A stretch of DNA of 64,000 bases from positions 8,768-72,767 of the IMG/VR virus record IMGVR_UViG_2923084042_000004. The stretch is one strand, 5' to 3'. Below, piece after piece: positions 35,708 through 47,127 of the stretch (within the stretch, counting starts at the first letter, position 1; every line of letters begins with the position of its first letter). The notes under the pieces are model-generated. The model saw nothing but the letters and a program-made list of their open reading frames with translations. It was not told where the DNA came from and did not search any database. The translations under genes and the position numbers were made by a program. Source of the DNA: a virus (lineage: Duplodnaviria > Caudoviricetes).

Positions 35708-36498
35708 GGCTCCACGTCGACCACTTCGCGTCTTAGCGTTTCGGCCAGTTCGGTAATTTCCGCCTGTGCGCCGCGCCCTTTTTTGCGTTTAGAATAAAAC
35801 GAAAGCAACGCGGTCAGATTCGCAGTCATTACGAGATTCGTTGCGGCGGCGTTCGGTAGGACAGCGCGGGCATCTTCGGCGGGCACTCCGGCCTCTCGCA
35901 ATTTATCGTAGGCTTGCTGCGCTATTTCCATAGCCTCCGCGAATATATCCGTAGCTGGACGATCAGTAATTGGCGCTCCGTATACAAAGTCGTACATGTT
36001 CGCTGTTTTATCACTCGTAACTTTATCCGGAACCACATAATCAAACCCGCCGATCTTATCATCGCTTCCCATCCGTACATACCGCTGTGACTGGACGCTG
36101 AAGCTGAAACCGACTCTGTGGCGTGTAAGCTGCGCCAATAACGCTCGGCTGACGCCCTCAATCGCAAAGGTGAACGTTAGATGTTCGAGGGTCGACGTAT
36201 GTTTGGATGCGAAGATATGTCGGAATAACCGGTCTGCGTCGGTGCCTGCGCCGCCATCTGACGCTTTGGAGCTGAAATACTTGGCGCCTTCCTTTGCGAC
36301 GATTTCGGTCGGTTTGTTTGCGCTATAGCACGATCTGATTGCGGTCAGGGCGACGAGCTTTCCGTCCGTCGTGTCGAGTTTACTGAGATAATTAAAATCG
36401 TAGTTACCTACGCTATCTAATTCGTCAAAGCTATCGTAAAATTTATCGCTTAATTGCGTATGTGCGATTAGCTGTACGTTCATTTCGGTTTCCGCCAT
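35677..36498 (-). CDS. thyX: Flavin-dependent thymidylate synthase
   Basis: HTSTLEH, VSRALLAQLTRHR..SVQSQRY, EDARAVLP, AQAEI. Confidence 0.96.
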   Translation of the reverse strand: MAETEMNVQLIAHTQLSDKFYDSFDELDSVGNYDFNYLSKLDTTDGKLVALTAIRSCYSANKPTEIVAKEGAKYFSSKASDGGAGTDADRLFRHIFASKHTSTLEHLTFTFAIEGVSRALLAQLTRHRVGFSFSVQSQRYVRMGSDDKIGGFDYVVPDKVTSDKTANMYDFVYGAPITDRPATDIFAEAMEIAQQAYDKLREAGVPAEDARAVLPNAAATNLVMTANLTALLSFYSKRKKGRGAQAEITELAETLRREVVDVEPWTDQFFEEV

Positions 36499-37058
36499 TT
36501 ATTCTCCTCCTTATTAACAACTCTTATGAACCTTCCAGTCTCGCTATCTCTTGGTATAGTTTTATTCCTATTGTGCAACGAAGAGTGTTCTGACCTAGTG
36601 ACTAACTCAAGATTACTAACGTCGTTGTTAAGTTTATTTTCGTCTTTGTGATGAACATGCTCACCCTCTTTCAAAGGTCTTTTTAAGTACTCGGACATTA
36701 CATACCTGTGCTCAAGAATATATCCATCCTTCTGGGAATTTGGATGATGAGGTTTGTAGATTAGTTTGTACCCATAACGAGAAATCCTCACCCCCGACTT
36801 AAATAGAGGATTTTTAGGTCCCCTATTTCCATAGTTAGGATTACTTGCCCCTCTTTGTGTAAGGCTCTTCCTCTTCGCAGCGCACTCTCGGCTACAGGTT
36901 TTTCTTCTCGAATAATGACTAGCCTTCACATACATCTCAGACCTACATATTTCACATATTTTTACGCGCTTATTGCTTAGAGGCATTGTAACCTTCCTTG
37001 CCAGTCTTTCCTTCTTGTCTATCGTGATTCTCTGCATTTTTCTTCTTGTATATTTCAT
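36480..37058 (-). CDS. Free-standing HNH homing-type endonuclease with Zn finger (start probably MPLSN)
   Basis: CEIC..CSREC; YILEHRYVM..L.RPL..EHVHHKDENKLNN..NLEL..EH..H; AT-rich. Confidence 0.88.
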   Translation of the reverse strand: MKYTRRKMQRITIDKKERLARKVTMPLSNKRVKICEICRSEMYVKASHYSRRKTCSRECAAKRKSLTQRGASNPNYGNRGPKNPLFKSGVRISRYGYKLIYKPHHPNSQKDGYILEHRYVMSEYLKRPLKEGEHVHHKDENKLNNDVSNLELVTRSEHSSLHNRNKTIPRDSETGRFIRVVNKEENKWRKPK

Positions 37059-37335
37059 GAATACTCTCAGGAGTTAATCCAACCACCCGTGACAACGACA
37101 GCAAGAAATGCCACATATCAATGACCTCATATTGCAACGCTTCTTTGTTTACTTCTTTCGGGTTCTTCCACCACTTCCAGTTAATCTCGCGTCTGATTTC
37201 ATCGATCTCTGATTCCATCGCTAAAGTTATCCCGATTACCCACTCATCGTGGGTTTTATCGACAGACCTCTCCGAAATCACTCGTTCATCTAATGCAGTC
37301 TGCATGGTAAACATCTCATTTAATCTATCGTTCAT
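36970..37335 (-). CDS. dut: Dimeric (all-alpha) dUTPase
   Basis: Q..LD; E..E....WKWWK; EVIDMWHFLLS; Y.KKN.EN..RQ. Confidence 0.9.
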   Translation of the reverse strand: MNDRLNEMFTMQTALDERVISERSVDKTHDEWVIGITLAMESEIDEIRREINWKWWKNPKEVNKEALQYEVIDMWHFLLSLSRVVGLTPESIHEIYKKKNAENHDRQEGKTGKEGYNASKQ

Positions 37336-37440
37336 TTCGTTTCCTCCTTCGTAACGTCCTCATATATAACTGCGTATCAACTTTCCGTATGGCACAACGC
37401 CTTCATAAATAGATGCGTATAAAGTTCGGAGTCCGGACGC

Positions 37441-38424
37441 TTATTCCCCGAAATAAAAGTCCGAATCTTTAAGCGCCTCGACCGTCGCCTTCTTATAGCC
37501 GTTACCCTTCTGCGAAAAGAAGTCGTGCGATTTGGTTTTCGTACTAAGTCCGTTCATCACGATCGGATTCGGCGTTTCGTCTTCATAGTACGGATCGAAC
37601 GCGAGGTTTTGCAACGCTTTATTCGCGTTATAGCGCATGAATCGTTTAACGTCGTGTGTCAGACCGACCGCATCGTAAAGATCCTCGGCATATGCGACCT
37701 CGTTATCGTATAGCTCCGTTAGTAAATCAACCGCAAAATCGCGTAATTCTAACTGAACGCGATGAGCTTGGCGGTTATAAATTTCCTGCGCGAGCAAGCC
37801 GGTATAAACGCCGTGGATCGCTTCGTCGCGAATAATAAGCGATATGATTTCGCCGGAGTTCGTTAGCTTGCCTTGGCCCGCGAAATATAACGGATAGTAA
37901 AATCCGCTGTAGAACAAGAAGCTTTCGAGATATACCGAAGCGACCAGCGCCTTATACAGCGAAATATCATCGCCCGGCTCAATCGCGTTATACAGGTCGA
38001 CGATACGCGCCGCTTTCCGCTGCAAGTACGGATTGGTCTTAACCCATTCGAAAACTTCGTTAATTGTTTCGGTAGGTGCAAGCGTCATAAAGATATTCGA
38101 ATAGGATTTCGCATGGACGGCGTTCTCCATCATCGCCATGAAATTAAGTACGGCTTTGCGTTGGTGGCCGGTGATGTGTTGCGCGATGATAGGCATACCG
38201 GTGTTTCCCTGTTCCGTATCCAGAAGCGTTAGGCCCGCAAGATCGCGCATGTATACGAGCTGCTCGGTCGGGCTTAGTGCCTTCCACGTTAGGAGATCGC
38301 CATTTAGCGAAATCTCTTCCGGAAGCCAGAATTGCTTAACGTTCTGCGCGTAGAACATTTGCGTAAAGTCGTCTTCATGGCGTGACCAATCGGCCGCCGT
38401 ATGGATTGCGTTTGCGTTCGTCAA
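37441..38424 (-). CDS. nrdF: Class Ib ribonucleotide reductase beta subunit
   Basis: [44 protein letters not shown]. Confidence 0.97.
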   Translation of the reverse strand: MTNANAIHTAADWSRHEDDFTQMFYAQNVKQFWLPEEISLNGDLLTWKALSPTEQLVYMRDLAGLTLLDTEQGNTGMPIIAQHITGHQRKAVLNFMAMMENAVHAKSYSNIFMTLAPTETINEVFEWVKTNPYLQRKAARIVDLYNAIEPGDDISLYKALVASVYLESFLFYSGFYYPLYFAGQGKLTNSGEIISLIIRDEAIHGVYTGLLAQEIYNRQAHRVQLELRDFAVDLLTELYDNEVAYAEDLYDAVGLTHDVKRFMRYNANKALQNLAFDPYYEDETPNPIVMNGLSTKTKSHDFFSQKGNGYKKATVEALKDSDFYFGE

Positions 38425-38678
38425 TTATTCGTCCTCCTTTTAGCGTGTCTGCTTTTACGTTTAACTACCGCCAGCACTTCCGACGTTTTAATAACGTCTC
38501 TGTAACCTAGTAGGCGATTTAGTATCGGGAAGTCTTTGTGGCGTACTTCAATGTACCCGCCTTCATACGTTTGAATAACTACCGCTTTAGGCATAGAATA
38601 TCCAAAGTGATAAAGAATTACGTCTCCACGTTGGATATTCTTCTGTCGCTCCTCGCTTAAACCACGCATGATAAGCAT
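38421..38678 (-). CDS. Hypothetical protein inserted between nrdE and nrdF
   Basis: 85 aa overlapping both neighbours. Confidence 0.5.
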   Translation of the reverse strand: MLIMRGLSEERQKNIQRGDVILYHFGYSMPKAVVIQTYEGGYIEVRHKDFPILNRLLGYRDVIKTSEVLAVVKRKSRHAKRRTNN

Positions 38679-41600
38679 CCCTCCTGGCCGGTGTCTTTTG
38701 TTCGCGCATAATATAACGTCTTAATCCCTTTGTGGTGCGCGTATAAATCAATCCGGTTTAGATCGCGCGTCGTCATCGTATCTTTCAAGAACAGCGTAAA
38801 CGAAATACCTTGGTCGACGTGCTGCTGAATCGTTGCGATCATATCGACGACCTTAAACATATCCATGTCGTACGCTTCCTTGTAGAAGAACCAATTCTGC
38901 GGCGATAACCCCGGCATAGGATAATACGTCTTCGAATTGCCATACGTACGCTCCTCAATGCGCTCCATAATCGGCATGACCGACGCTGTAGCCGACTGCA
39001 CATACGAAATTGATCCCGTCGGCGCAATCGCAAGTCGGTACGAATGATAAAGTCCGTATTTGCGTACGCTGTCTTCCAGCCGAGCCCAATCGATCGGAGC
39101 CGGAATCTTCACGCCTTCAAATAGCTGCGCAACCTTTTCCGTTTTAGGTCGGAAATCTCCCGCAACATATTTATCGAAGTAACTACCGTCTGCATACGTC
39201 GATCCCTCAAATCCCTCGTACGTGCTGCCGGTTTCTTTCGCTATTTCCATCGAACGTACGAGCGACCAATAATTCACCAGCGCGAAGAATACGTTAGCGA
39301 AATCGCGCGCTTCTTCTGATTCATATGCGATGCCATTCTGCGCTAAATAACCGTGCAAGTTCATCGCGCCGAGCCCAATCGAACGCATCTCACGGTTAGC
39401 TCTTGCGACGGCCGGCGCGTTCTTGATATTCGAAGTTTCCGAGACTCGCGTTAGAGCATCAACGGATAGCTTGACGATTTTTCCAAAGTCGCCGTTTTTC
39501 ATTACGTTTGCAACGTTGAGCGATCCGAGGTTGCACGAAATATCGAGGCCGATTTCGTCCGGTTCGCCATAGTCGGTGTATTCGGATACCTGCGACGCTT
39601 GAAGCACTTCGCTACAGAGGTTCGAGAACTTAACCTTCGAAATGTGATTGTTCGCGTGAGTCGCGTTAACGTTGCCTTCGAACATGATGTACGGATATCC
39701 CGATTCGAAGCGCAACATGGCGATCTTTTCGAGTAATTTCCGCGGGTTGATCTTTTCTTTACGGACCGCCGGATTGTCGACGAGCTTATCGTACATCTCT
39801 CCGATATCCATTTCGTCTAAGTGTTGGCCATACGCTTTGTAAACGGTGTGCGGATAGAAAACGTAAGCCGGCCGATCTTCTCTCGCTAGTTCAATGAATT
39901 TATCCGGAATGACCACGCCGATTGATAACGTTTTAACGCGTACGTCTTCATCTGCCGAGATTTTCTTCGTATCCAAGAAATCGTTAATGTCCGCATGGAA
40001 TACGTTAAGGTACGCCGCGCCGGAACCTTGTCTTTGCAGACCATTCGGACGTGTTCGCTAGGCACGCCCCGCCTTTCGGCTGCTTCGTGTTACCACGAAG
40101 ATTAGACTATATCTTCGCCCACTTGGGGCGCCTCCCGTTTCGACCGCCAATCGCTTGCGGCCTACGCCTTTCGGCTAGTCGTTGCACGTTCAAGACGTTT
40201 GGTCTAGGTGTTTCCACCGCTGCCTACAACAAATTTTATCTACGATAGATTTAGTCGCGTATGAGTGCTTAATTCGCACCTCATTAAGTGAGAGACCACT
40301 GTGGTAATCCGAAAGTATTTCTTGCGCTTGTTTCTCCGTAATTTTTGAAGCCCTATGATGTTCGCCCTTCCGCAAAAGACCGGTTCTAGAGGCATGTTGC
40401 GCATTTTCTTTCGGGGTTACCCATTCTAGATTTTTAATGTCGGCGTTTGCTTTGTTACCATCAATATGATTAACCATCGGTAAGTTCTTAGGGTTTGGGA
40501 TGAAATGAAGCGCAACTAATCGATGAACATTTCTTTCGATGCGAACCTTATTACGGAAAAGAACAACTTTTAGATAGCCTGTTCCGTCAATTTTAGGTTT
40601 AACTTCAGTCATTGTTCTTAAATTAACAACGCGACTATGATTAGTTATTCCGTATTCTGGTATACCAACTATTGGTCTTAGTTCTTCTCCATCTCGCAGT
40701 TCAAATGGTATCTTTGTTTTTCTAAGACCCATACGTATAACTCGATGATTAATCGCTTCCCTAGACACTCCTAATATCTCACCGATCTCTCTAGCACTCA
40801 TCTTGTGGTAATTTTCGCGAATAAAATCTTCGTCTATCTCTAATTTGTTGTGAGGTGTCCGCCTTGCTTCGCTCATGATTGTCCTCCTTTAGTAGTTTGT
40901 GGCCCTACCGCTTCGAGGAGTTCCCATGAATTAAAGAGGTTTTCGATCGCCATTGCTGACGAAAGGGGCCAATTTAACCCATCTGATCCGCATAACGGAA
41001 CGCATTATCGAGCAGCTTCATAACGCCAACAACGCCCTTCGTCGCGTTCTCTACGTCTTTGATCGCCTCGCCTTTCGCTCTGAGCTTCGATAAATTAAGC
41101 GACACGCCGCCGCCAAGCTTCGAGAGCTGCATCGAAACATCAATTGCGCGACTAATATCGTTAAGCGAATCGCCCACTTCGAGCAAGAAACACGAAACTA
41201 ATTCGCCGCGTCGTTTACGGCCCGCATTCAAGAACGTCGGCGTTGACGGCTGATATTCCTGGCGCATCATTAGATCGACGTACTCGAGCGCCTTGGCCAC
41301 GTCTCCTTCCGCGAAGAACAACGCACAACAAGCGACCCGATCTTCGTAGCGTTCGAGAATCTTCTTCCCGTCGTTCGTCTTCAGCGCATAGTCGTTATAG
41401 AATTTGAACGCGCTCATGAACGAAGGGAATCGGAACTTGTGCGCATAAGCCGCTTTATAGACCGCCTTTATTTCCTCGAAAGTATAGGCGTCCAGGAATT
41501 CGGTTTCGTAGTAATCGTTATCGCGTAGGTAGTCGAGCTTTTCGCGAAGGTCGTGGAAAAATACGGTGTTTTGATTTACGTAGTCAATAAAATAAGCGCG

Positions 41601-41690
41601 GACGGCTTCGAGATCCTTTTCGAATTGGAACCGGCCGTCCTTCTGTAGCATAATTTCGTTATTAAGTTCGATATAATTCGTCAAGCGCAT
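38657..41690 (-). CDS. nrdE: Class Ib ribonucleotide reductase alpha subunit, split by a group I intron (exon 1 41690-40977, exon 2 40036-38657)
   Basis: Spliced junction reads RYADQMG|QRQGSGAAYLNVFH; motifs STPTFLN, SCF, SNLCSE, APTGS and terminal CxxC. Confidence 0.95.
40037..40976 (-). mobile_element. Group I self-splicing intron (940 nt) in nrdE
   Basis: Exon ends in U with P1 GGGU/GCCC; terminal G; core 3' elements ACGACTA (R/P7) and AAGATATAGTCT (S). Confidence 0.92.
40190..40876 (-). CDS. Intron-encoded HNH homing endonuclease (NUMOD4-like plus HTH)
   Basis: GYLKV.L..VHRLVA..FIPNP..VNHIDGNK.N...NLEWVT..EN..H. Confidence 0.92.
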   Translation of the reverse strand: MSEARRTPHNKLEIDEDFIRENYHKMSAREIGEILGVSREAINHRVIRMGLRKTKIPFELRDGEELRPIVGIPEYGITNHSRVVNLRTMTEVKPKIDGTGYLKVVLFRNKVRIERNVHRLVALHFIPNPKNLPMVNHIDGNKANADIKNLEWVTPKENAQHASRTGLLRKGEHHRASKITEKQAQEILSDYHSGLSLNEVRIKHSYATKSIVDKICCRQRWKHLDQTS

Positions 41691-42030
41691 TCACCCTTTC
41701 GATAAATTGTCGTACATCTGCGTCCGTTCCCGCTAATTCAAAGCGCCAGATCACCGGCACGCCGTATTGCGCCGCTATCAAATCCGCCGCCTTTGCGTAA
41801 TTACCGCCCCAGTTGCGATTGCCCGATGCAGCCACGCCCGCCAGATACGCGCCATTAGCCGCAAGGAAATCCGCAACCGGCCGCGCCACCTGACCGAAGC
41901 CGTACGTCCCAGTCACGCAAACGAACGGTTCGGATAGCGTTATGTCAGGCGTGATCCCAACGGCGGGCAAGCCGGTCTTTGCGATGAATCGGCGTACGTT
42001 GCCGGTCCGCGAATAATAGGCGATTAGCAT
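41662..42030 (-). CDS. nrdI: Flavodoxin NrdI
   Basis: YYSRTGNVRRFI..TYGFGQ..SGNRNWG..FELAG. Confidence 0.96.
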   Translation of the reverse strand: MLIAYYSRTGNVRRFIAKTGLPAVGITPDITLSEPFVCVTGTYGFGQVARPVADFLAANGAYLAGVAASGNRNWGGNYAKAADLIAAQYGVPVIWRFELAGTDADVRQFIERVNALDELYRT

Positions 42031-42191
42031 ACGGCGTCCGCCACCAAGACCGCGAGAGGAATCGCGACCAATAGAACGAATACGATCTTTGCCACCTTCG
42101 CGCTAACGCTCCCTCCGTTTTTACCTGATACGTCCGCACTTACTGCAAGCAAAAATAACGCGACCAAACATCCGATTGCTAAGTACGTCAT
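42024..42191 (-). CDS. Small two-TM membrane protein (55 aa)
   Basis: Read manually: MTYLAIGCLVALFLLAV..KIVFVLLVAIPLAVLVADAVC; overlaps both neighbours. Confidence 0.5.
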   Translation of the reverse strand: MTYLAIGCLVALFLLAVSADVSGKNGGSVSAKVAKIVFVLLVAIPLAVLVADAVC

Positions 42192-42854
42192 CTAACCGAC
42201 CCCTTCCGTCTCTCGATTTCTTCTTCCAGTGCCGCTATATTCGCAAGCCGCCGATCCCTTTCGATCCGCAACTCCATTAACTGCCGTTCATGCCGACTGA
42301 TTTCGTAATCATCTTCGGCAAGTCCTTCGCGATGAATCCGTAACATCTGCTGTAGCTGTGCGTCCGTCGCTGATCCCATCATTCGACCGGTCCCTCCGTT
42401 TCGCGCTTGGCGTCCGCCTGAATCCGCTTGTGATTGCGATAAGGTTCAACGATCAGCCAGTTGATGAATTCGATGATTAACGATACTGCGAGAAGAAGTA
42501 CGCCCAGTACGAAGATCACCCCAAACGTCGCGTTAGCAATCGGAAAAGTCGATAGCCAATTGACGAATGAGAAAAACCCTACGAAAATACCAATCAATAT
42601 CGATAACGCAATTAAGCCAGATATGGACGCAATTAGCCTTTCTTTAAACATTCTCATCATTCCGCCTCCTCGATAGCCACGTTATCATCGATTCGGTCGA
42701 CGGTTTTGGTGACATAAAAGATCGAATAGCCCTCGTGTCTAAGTGAGTTAACAAGGCTCTCTGCATCGATTTCGGAGCCGCAACGAAGAATTTTAGCATC
42801 CTCGTAACTAAACCCCTCCGTTTTACCGGCGATTAAAAAATATCCTTGATCCAT
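42188..42854 (-). CDS. Three small coupled hypothetical genes (42188-42382 coiled coil; 42379-42660 two-TM; 42657-42854)
   Basis: ATGA-type overlaps and SD motifs. Confidence 0.6.
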
Positions 42855-43391
42855 CTATTCGTCCTCCTTCGGTTTATCTATTACGCCTTCACGAATCAGA
42901 TACGAAAGCCCAATCGCCGCCGCGTCCGATTCATCATCCGTACGAAACATAAAGTCATCTGATAGCGCAAGCATACGCCGCACGCCTGCCTCTACTTCGT
43001 CCTTTGATGCGCTGCCTTTTCCGGTCACATCCCGCTTAACTGCGGTCGGCTGTATCTCAACGTCCGCCTTGTATCCGTATTTACCAAGCGCCATATCAAT
43101 GACCGCCCATGCTCCGAACACTGTTTGCGTCGCCCTCTTATTTCGCCCGCCCGTGAAATGTTCGCGGACAACCACGTCAAACGGTCCATATTCGTGTAGA
43201 ACCATCGTCGTTGCGGCTTCGATGTAAGAGTACCGATGGCTGTCCGGCGATTGGCTTGTCGTGCTGACAGACGTTACGTGAACGAGGTTGATACGCGGTC
43301 CAGACTTTAGGCGCTTAACTTCGAAGACTGCGAAGCCTGGATTCGTTGATATGTCTAACGCAAGGATGCGGATGGGCTTGACGCTACTCAT
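42855..43391 (-). CDS. RuvC-like Holliday junction resolvase
   Basis: ILALDIS..PG; VVREH; PTAVK..VTGKG.ASKDEV; DDESDAAAI. Confidence 0.9.
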   Translation of the reverse strand: MSSVKPIRILALDISTNPGFAVFEVKRLKSGPRINLVHVTSVSTTSQSPDSHRYSYIEAATTMVLHEYGPFDVVVREHFTGGRNKRATQTVFGAWAVIDMALGKYGYKADVEIQPTAVKRDVTGKGSASKDEVEAGVRRMLALSDDFMFRTDDESDAAAIGLSYLIREGVIDKPKEDE

Positions 43392-43603
43392 CGGAGCTCC
43401 TTATAAGCAACTACTAACACTCTCTCGCGAATTCCACCGTAGCCACCTGAGCCTTCAAACTCTCCATAAACTACACTTTTGTGATCCCGCACTGTAACAA
43501 TCAATCCTTCAGCTGTACATTCGTCAATAAACTTTTGTAAGTTTTTATTGAAATTTTCAAAACAGCCCCCTATAACTTTCGCTTTAGCAACTGTCCTCAT
43601 CAA
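43388..43603 (-). CDS. Hypothetical protein
   Basis: 71 aa; coupled to neighbours. Confidence 0.55.
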   Translation of the reverse strand: MMRTVAKAKVIGGCFENFNKNLQKFIDECTAEGLIVTVRDHKSVVYGEFEGSGGYGGIRERVLVVAYKELR

Positions 43604-44658
43604 ACCGCCTCCCCTTTGCGTACTTTTTCGATAAACTCTAACGCCCCGGCGTACTGTTGCTTAGTAGACGGGTACACATTCGATCGCATGACCCGTGAAA
43701 CTTTATCGCGTACGTCCTCCAGTTCTGCGTCCGTAAGCGATTTCGCACATTCCGTTTTATATCCGTTAAATGTCCATCCGTTAAGGTCGAGCTCCGGCGG
43801 CTTTCCTGCGTTGATAGATGCTTGGATATCTGCGAATCTATCAAGAACGGAATTAATCTCGGACTCTCCGATCTCTAATCCGAAAGCGCGAATATCCGGT
43901 GACTTTTCGAACTCACCTTCGTCATATTCCCACGCTTTCTTCGAACCATTAACGTAAAGGATTACGTAAAGATCAACGTCATACATAACCGCGTATGAGT
44001 AGCATTGTTTTACGTGCTTTTCGTCCGGCTTTTTCAGCGAGTAATAAGACGTCCGCGCCGCGCTGGTTTGCTTCGACTTGATTTCGAGGCCGACTCGTAA
44101 GACCTCTCCGTCCTCCGTTACATAGCGCATGATCCCGTCACATGTTCCGAAAAGGTGAAACGACTGTCCATTATGCGTTACTAAGTGATTCTTTTTCGCG
44201 AAGTCCTCAAACATCGGCGTGCCGTCCTTGTTACGCTCAAAACTAAACGGACACGGTCGTCCGACTAACTTTTCGAAATGTTTTTCCATGAATAAAATAT
44301 CGCGTTGAATAACGTCCCCAATTGCGGTACCGATTCGTTGCCAGCGTCCTTGATATGGCGGTATCTTGAATTTATCTTTCTTTCCGTACTTTGCTTTATG
44401 GTATAATTCGCGAGCACATGCGTTAGCAGACGAAGGTGAGAAATACGGAAACTTCGGTTTGATATTCGGAGCGTCTGCGTACCATCGGTGTATCTGCGCA
44501 TCCAAGGCGTTATCCCACGTTTCCGGAAGCGAGTGCCATTCGTTTAAATATTCGATGAGTTCATCCGCAATCTGCTGCGCGTATGTGGTCGGCTCGGGCG
44601 CCGGCGCTAATTGGGCGCGCAGTGAATTTGCGGCTGATCGTGCGTTTGCGTTCGTCAA
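43600..44658 (-). CDS. PD-(D/E)XK (Cas4/RecB-like) exonuclease
   Basis: FSPSS..C.R; GT.CDG; LEIKS; Q...Y. Confidence 0.82.
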   Translation of the reverse strand: MTNANARSAANSLRAQLAPAPEPTTYAQQIADELIEYLNEWHSLPETWDNALDAQIHRWYADAPNIKPKFPYFSPSSANACARELYHKAKYGKKDKFKIPPYQGRWQRIGTAIGDVIQRDILFMEKHFEKLVGRPCPFSFERNKDGTPMFEDFAKKNHLVTHNGQSFHLFGTCDGIMRYVTEDGEVLRVGLEIKSKQTSAARTSYYSLKKPDEKHVKQCYSYAVMYDVDLYVILYVNGSKKAWEYDEGEFEKSPDIRAFGLEIGESEINSVLDRFADIQASINAGKPPELDLNGWTFNGYKTECAKSLTDAELEDVRDKVSRVMRSNVYPSTKQQYAGALEFIEKVRKGEAV

Positions 44659-46944
44659 TTAATCGTCCCCTTTCGTTTTAAACCATTCTTCTAAGGGCAC
44701 ACCTTCGCCCCATTTGCGCATGACTTCGATATCCGTTCCGTTCGGCACAACGTCACCCCATCGGTAAGAATTAAGCATGATATCGCGAATTTCTTGCGCT
44801 TCTTCCCACGTAAAATCTTCCGGAACTTCGAAAATTAGTTCGTCATGCACCGTTGACCACAGCGCCCATCCCGGTTTGTTAGCGCAATACTCGTGCGCTT
44901 TAATCATCGTGACTTTCGTTTGAATAGACGACGATCCCTGCACGCGGGCATTTGTCGCTTGGCGTAAAGCGCGATTAATTCGAGAGTTGTGTTTCCTTGC
45001 GGCATCGTATTTCGGATCATTCCATTTTCCATACGGAATGTTTTTGCGTGGTAGTTTAGCGTCGGGAAGCCGACGTTTTCGCGCTTTTAGATCTGCCCAA
45101 ACATATCCGTTCTTTTTCACAAATTCTTCGTTTTCTTTCAGCCACGCAGATAACTTCGGCATACTTCCGAATAGCTCTTCTTTGAACTCGGTCGCCTCTT
45201 TTTTATTAACGCCTAGCATATCCGCGAGAGAATAATCACTCATACCGTACAGCGTCGCTAACCATACGACTTTCATCTGCTTACGCTCTTTCGTGTCAGA
45301 TCCGTCAGGTTTTTTATAGACTTCCTCATACGGCCGCTTATAGAAGTTGGATGCCATCATTGCGTATGGATCGCGTTCTTCTAAAAACGCGTTTATTAGT
45401 ACTGGCTCGCCTGATAAGTACGCCACGCATCGTATTTCCTGCGCTTTAAAGTCGGCGCCCATTAGCACCTTTCCGGGAGGAGGACGGAACATTGGACGTG
45501 CTTCTTGTGGCTGGTTCTGTACGTTAAAACCTTGTTCCGTCTTGTCTTCTTCGTCTTTACCGGAACTGAATCGACCCGTCACAGTTCCCATAGGATTGAA
45601 ACGGGAATGCCAACGCTCAGTTGTCGGATTCTGCTTCGTCGGCAGCGTATCGATATACGTTCCGCTCAGTTTAACGATATTCTTATACTCTAGGAGTTTC
45701 GCAATGACATTGTAGTCGTCTTTCAGCGGCTTGAGTGTTTTCTTCGCGTCCATATTCGGTAGCTCCTTGCCGATTGCCTTAGAAAGTGCGGGGCGCATCT
45801 GCTGTGTCGAGTTTAGATTTATCGGTTCGTCTCCTTCATGAAACGGCGCCAACTCTGCGACCAATTCCCGGCGCAACTCTTCTGCGCGCCTATGCAACTT
45901 TTCCCCGTATTCTTTCGCGAAATCCAAGTCGAGGATATAGCCGTTAGCTTCTAAGTCCACGATTACGTACAGCATCGGAACTTCAACGGTTTGGTAATAT
46001 TCTAGAATCGTAGGCATTTTCGCCATGTGGTGACGTTGAAATTCGTATAGCTTCCACGTTAATTCGGTATCCTTCGCAGCGTAAACTAGCGCTATATCTA
46101 AAGGGACTTCTTTAAATTGCGCATTCCTGCCGAACAAAGCATCGAAAGTATCTGCCGGTGTTTTTAAATATTTAGGCGCCAGGTCTTTCAATTTAAACGA
46201 GCCTGCTCCGCCTAAAGAACGGTCACGCTCGTTTTCGTTCAGCAAATGCATCGCTATCTGCGTATCCCAAACGACGCCTTTAAGATCGAATCCATGCCGC
46301 CGAAGCATCGCAATATCGAATATCGCGTTGTGTAGTACCTTTCCGATTGATTCGTCGTTAAATACAGGCGCCAGACCTTCGAGTACGTATTCGCGACTTA
46401 GCTGCTCGCAGTCAACGTGATCCACCGGTATATAAACGTGCCAGTCAGCGTTTGGTAACGTCAGCGAAAGCCCGACGATTACGTCCGTATAAACATCTAC
46501 GCCAGTTGTCTCGGTATCAACTGCGATTATTGTTTCGTTACCCAACGCATCGATCAGCGCCTGAAATCGTTCCTCAGTCGTAATTAATGCGTAATTATCC
46601 GGCGTATTCTCGACCATCTGCCGCAAGGTTTCTTCGCGCTGGGCTTCCTGTAGCGTCTTCCAAAGCCGGAGCGCCTCCGCCTTGCTGAACGCTTTAGGGT
46701 TGCCGGCCTTATTAACGCAGTCAGCCGGATCGCGCGCTAGTTTGCCCGCATCCATAGCCGCCTTGACTTCGGTTAGCCGTTTGCGGTCAGCATCCGATAG
46801 CTTCATCGCGAATATCTTGCGCCAGCTTTCCTCGATCGGCTCGGCGGTTTTGGCTTTCGCCTTCCGCTTGGCCGTCGCCTGGACGGCGTCCGTTTTCGGT
46901 GCCGCCGACTTAAGCGCGTTCAAGTTTAACCGTAAGCCTTCCAT
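44659..46944 (-). CDS. polA: Family A DNA polymerase with 3'-5' exonuclease
   Basis: AVDTET, HNAIFD, YAAKD, TGRFSS, ADFKAQE, R..K...LA..YG, VHDE. Confidence 0.96.
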   Translation of the reverse strand: MEGLRLNLNALKSAAPKTDAVQATAKRKAKAKTAEPIEESWRKIFAMKLSDADRKRLTEVKAAMDAGKLARDPADCVNKAGNPKAFSKAEALRLWKTLQEAQREETLRQMVENTPDNYALITTEERFQALIDALGNETIIAVDTETTGVDVYTDVIVGLSLTLPNADWHVYIPVDHVDCEQLSREYVLEGLAPVFNDESIGKVLHNAIFDIAMLRRHGFDLKGVVWDTQIAMHLLNENERDRSLGGAGSFKLKDLAPKYLKTPADTFDALFGRNAQFKEVPLDIALVYAAKDTELTWKLYEFQRHHMAKMPTILEYYQTVEVPMLYVIVDLEANGYILDLDFAKEYGEKLHRRAEELRRELVAELAPFHEGDEPINLNSTQQMRPALSKAIGKELPNMDAKKTLKPLKDDYNVIAKLLEYKNIVKLSGTYIDTLPTKQNPTTERWHSRFNPMGTVTGRFSSGKDEEDKTEQGFNVQNQPQEARPMFRPPPGKVLMGADFKAQEIRCVAYLSGEPVLINAFLEERDPYAMMASNFYKRPYEEVYKKPDGSDTKERKQMKVVWLATLYGMSDYSLADMLGVNKKEATEFKEELFGSMPKLSAWLKENEEFVKKNGYVWADLKARKRRLPDAKLPRKNIPYGKWNDPKYDAARKHNSRINRALRQATNARVQGSSSIQTKVTMIKAHEYCANKPGWALWSTVHDELIFEVPEDFTWEEAQEIRDIMLNSYRWGDVVPNGTDIEVMRKWGEGVPLEEWFKTKGDD

Positions 46945-47127
46945 CCGTCGTCCTCCTTCCTCGCGAAGTAATTGCGGGTTACTTTTCGTTATTGCCTTCG
47001 TAAATTAAGTAAAATCCGTTCAATAGAAGAAGCATCACGTTCGTCGCAACTAACGGCCAATTTCCGTCGATTATCCAAAAGACGAGACATATCGTGAATA
47101 TCACATTCGTCGCGTAGCACAGCGTCC

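Noticed and set aside
43600-44658. Cas4 as part of a CRISPR system
   Set aside because: Solo Cas4/RecB-like nucleases are common next to phage polymerases; no array or other cas genes.
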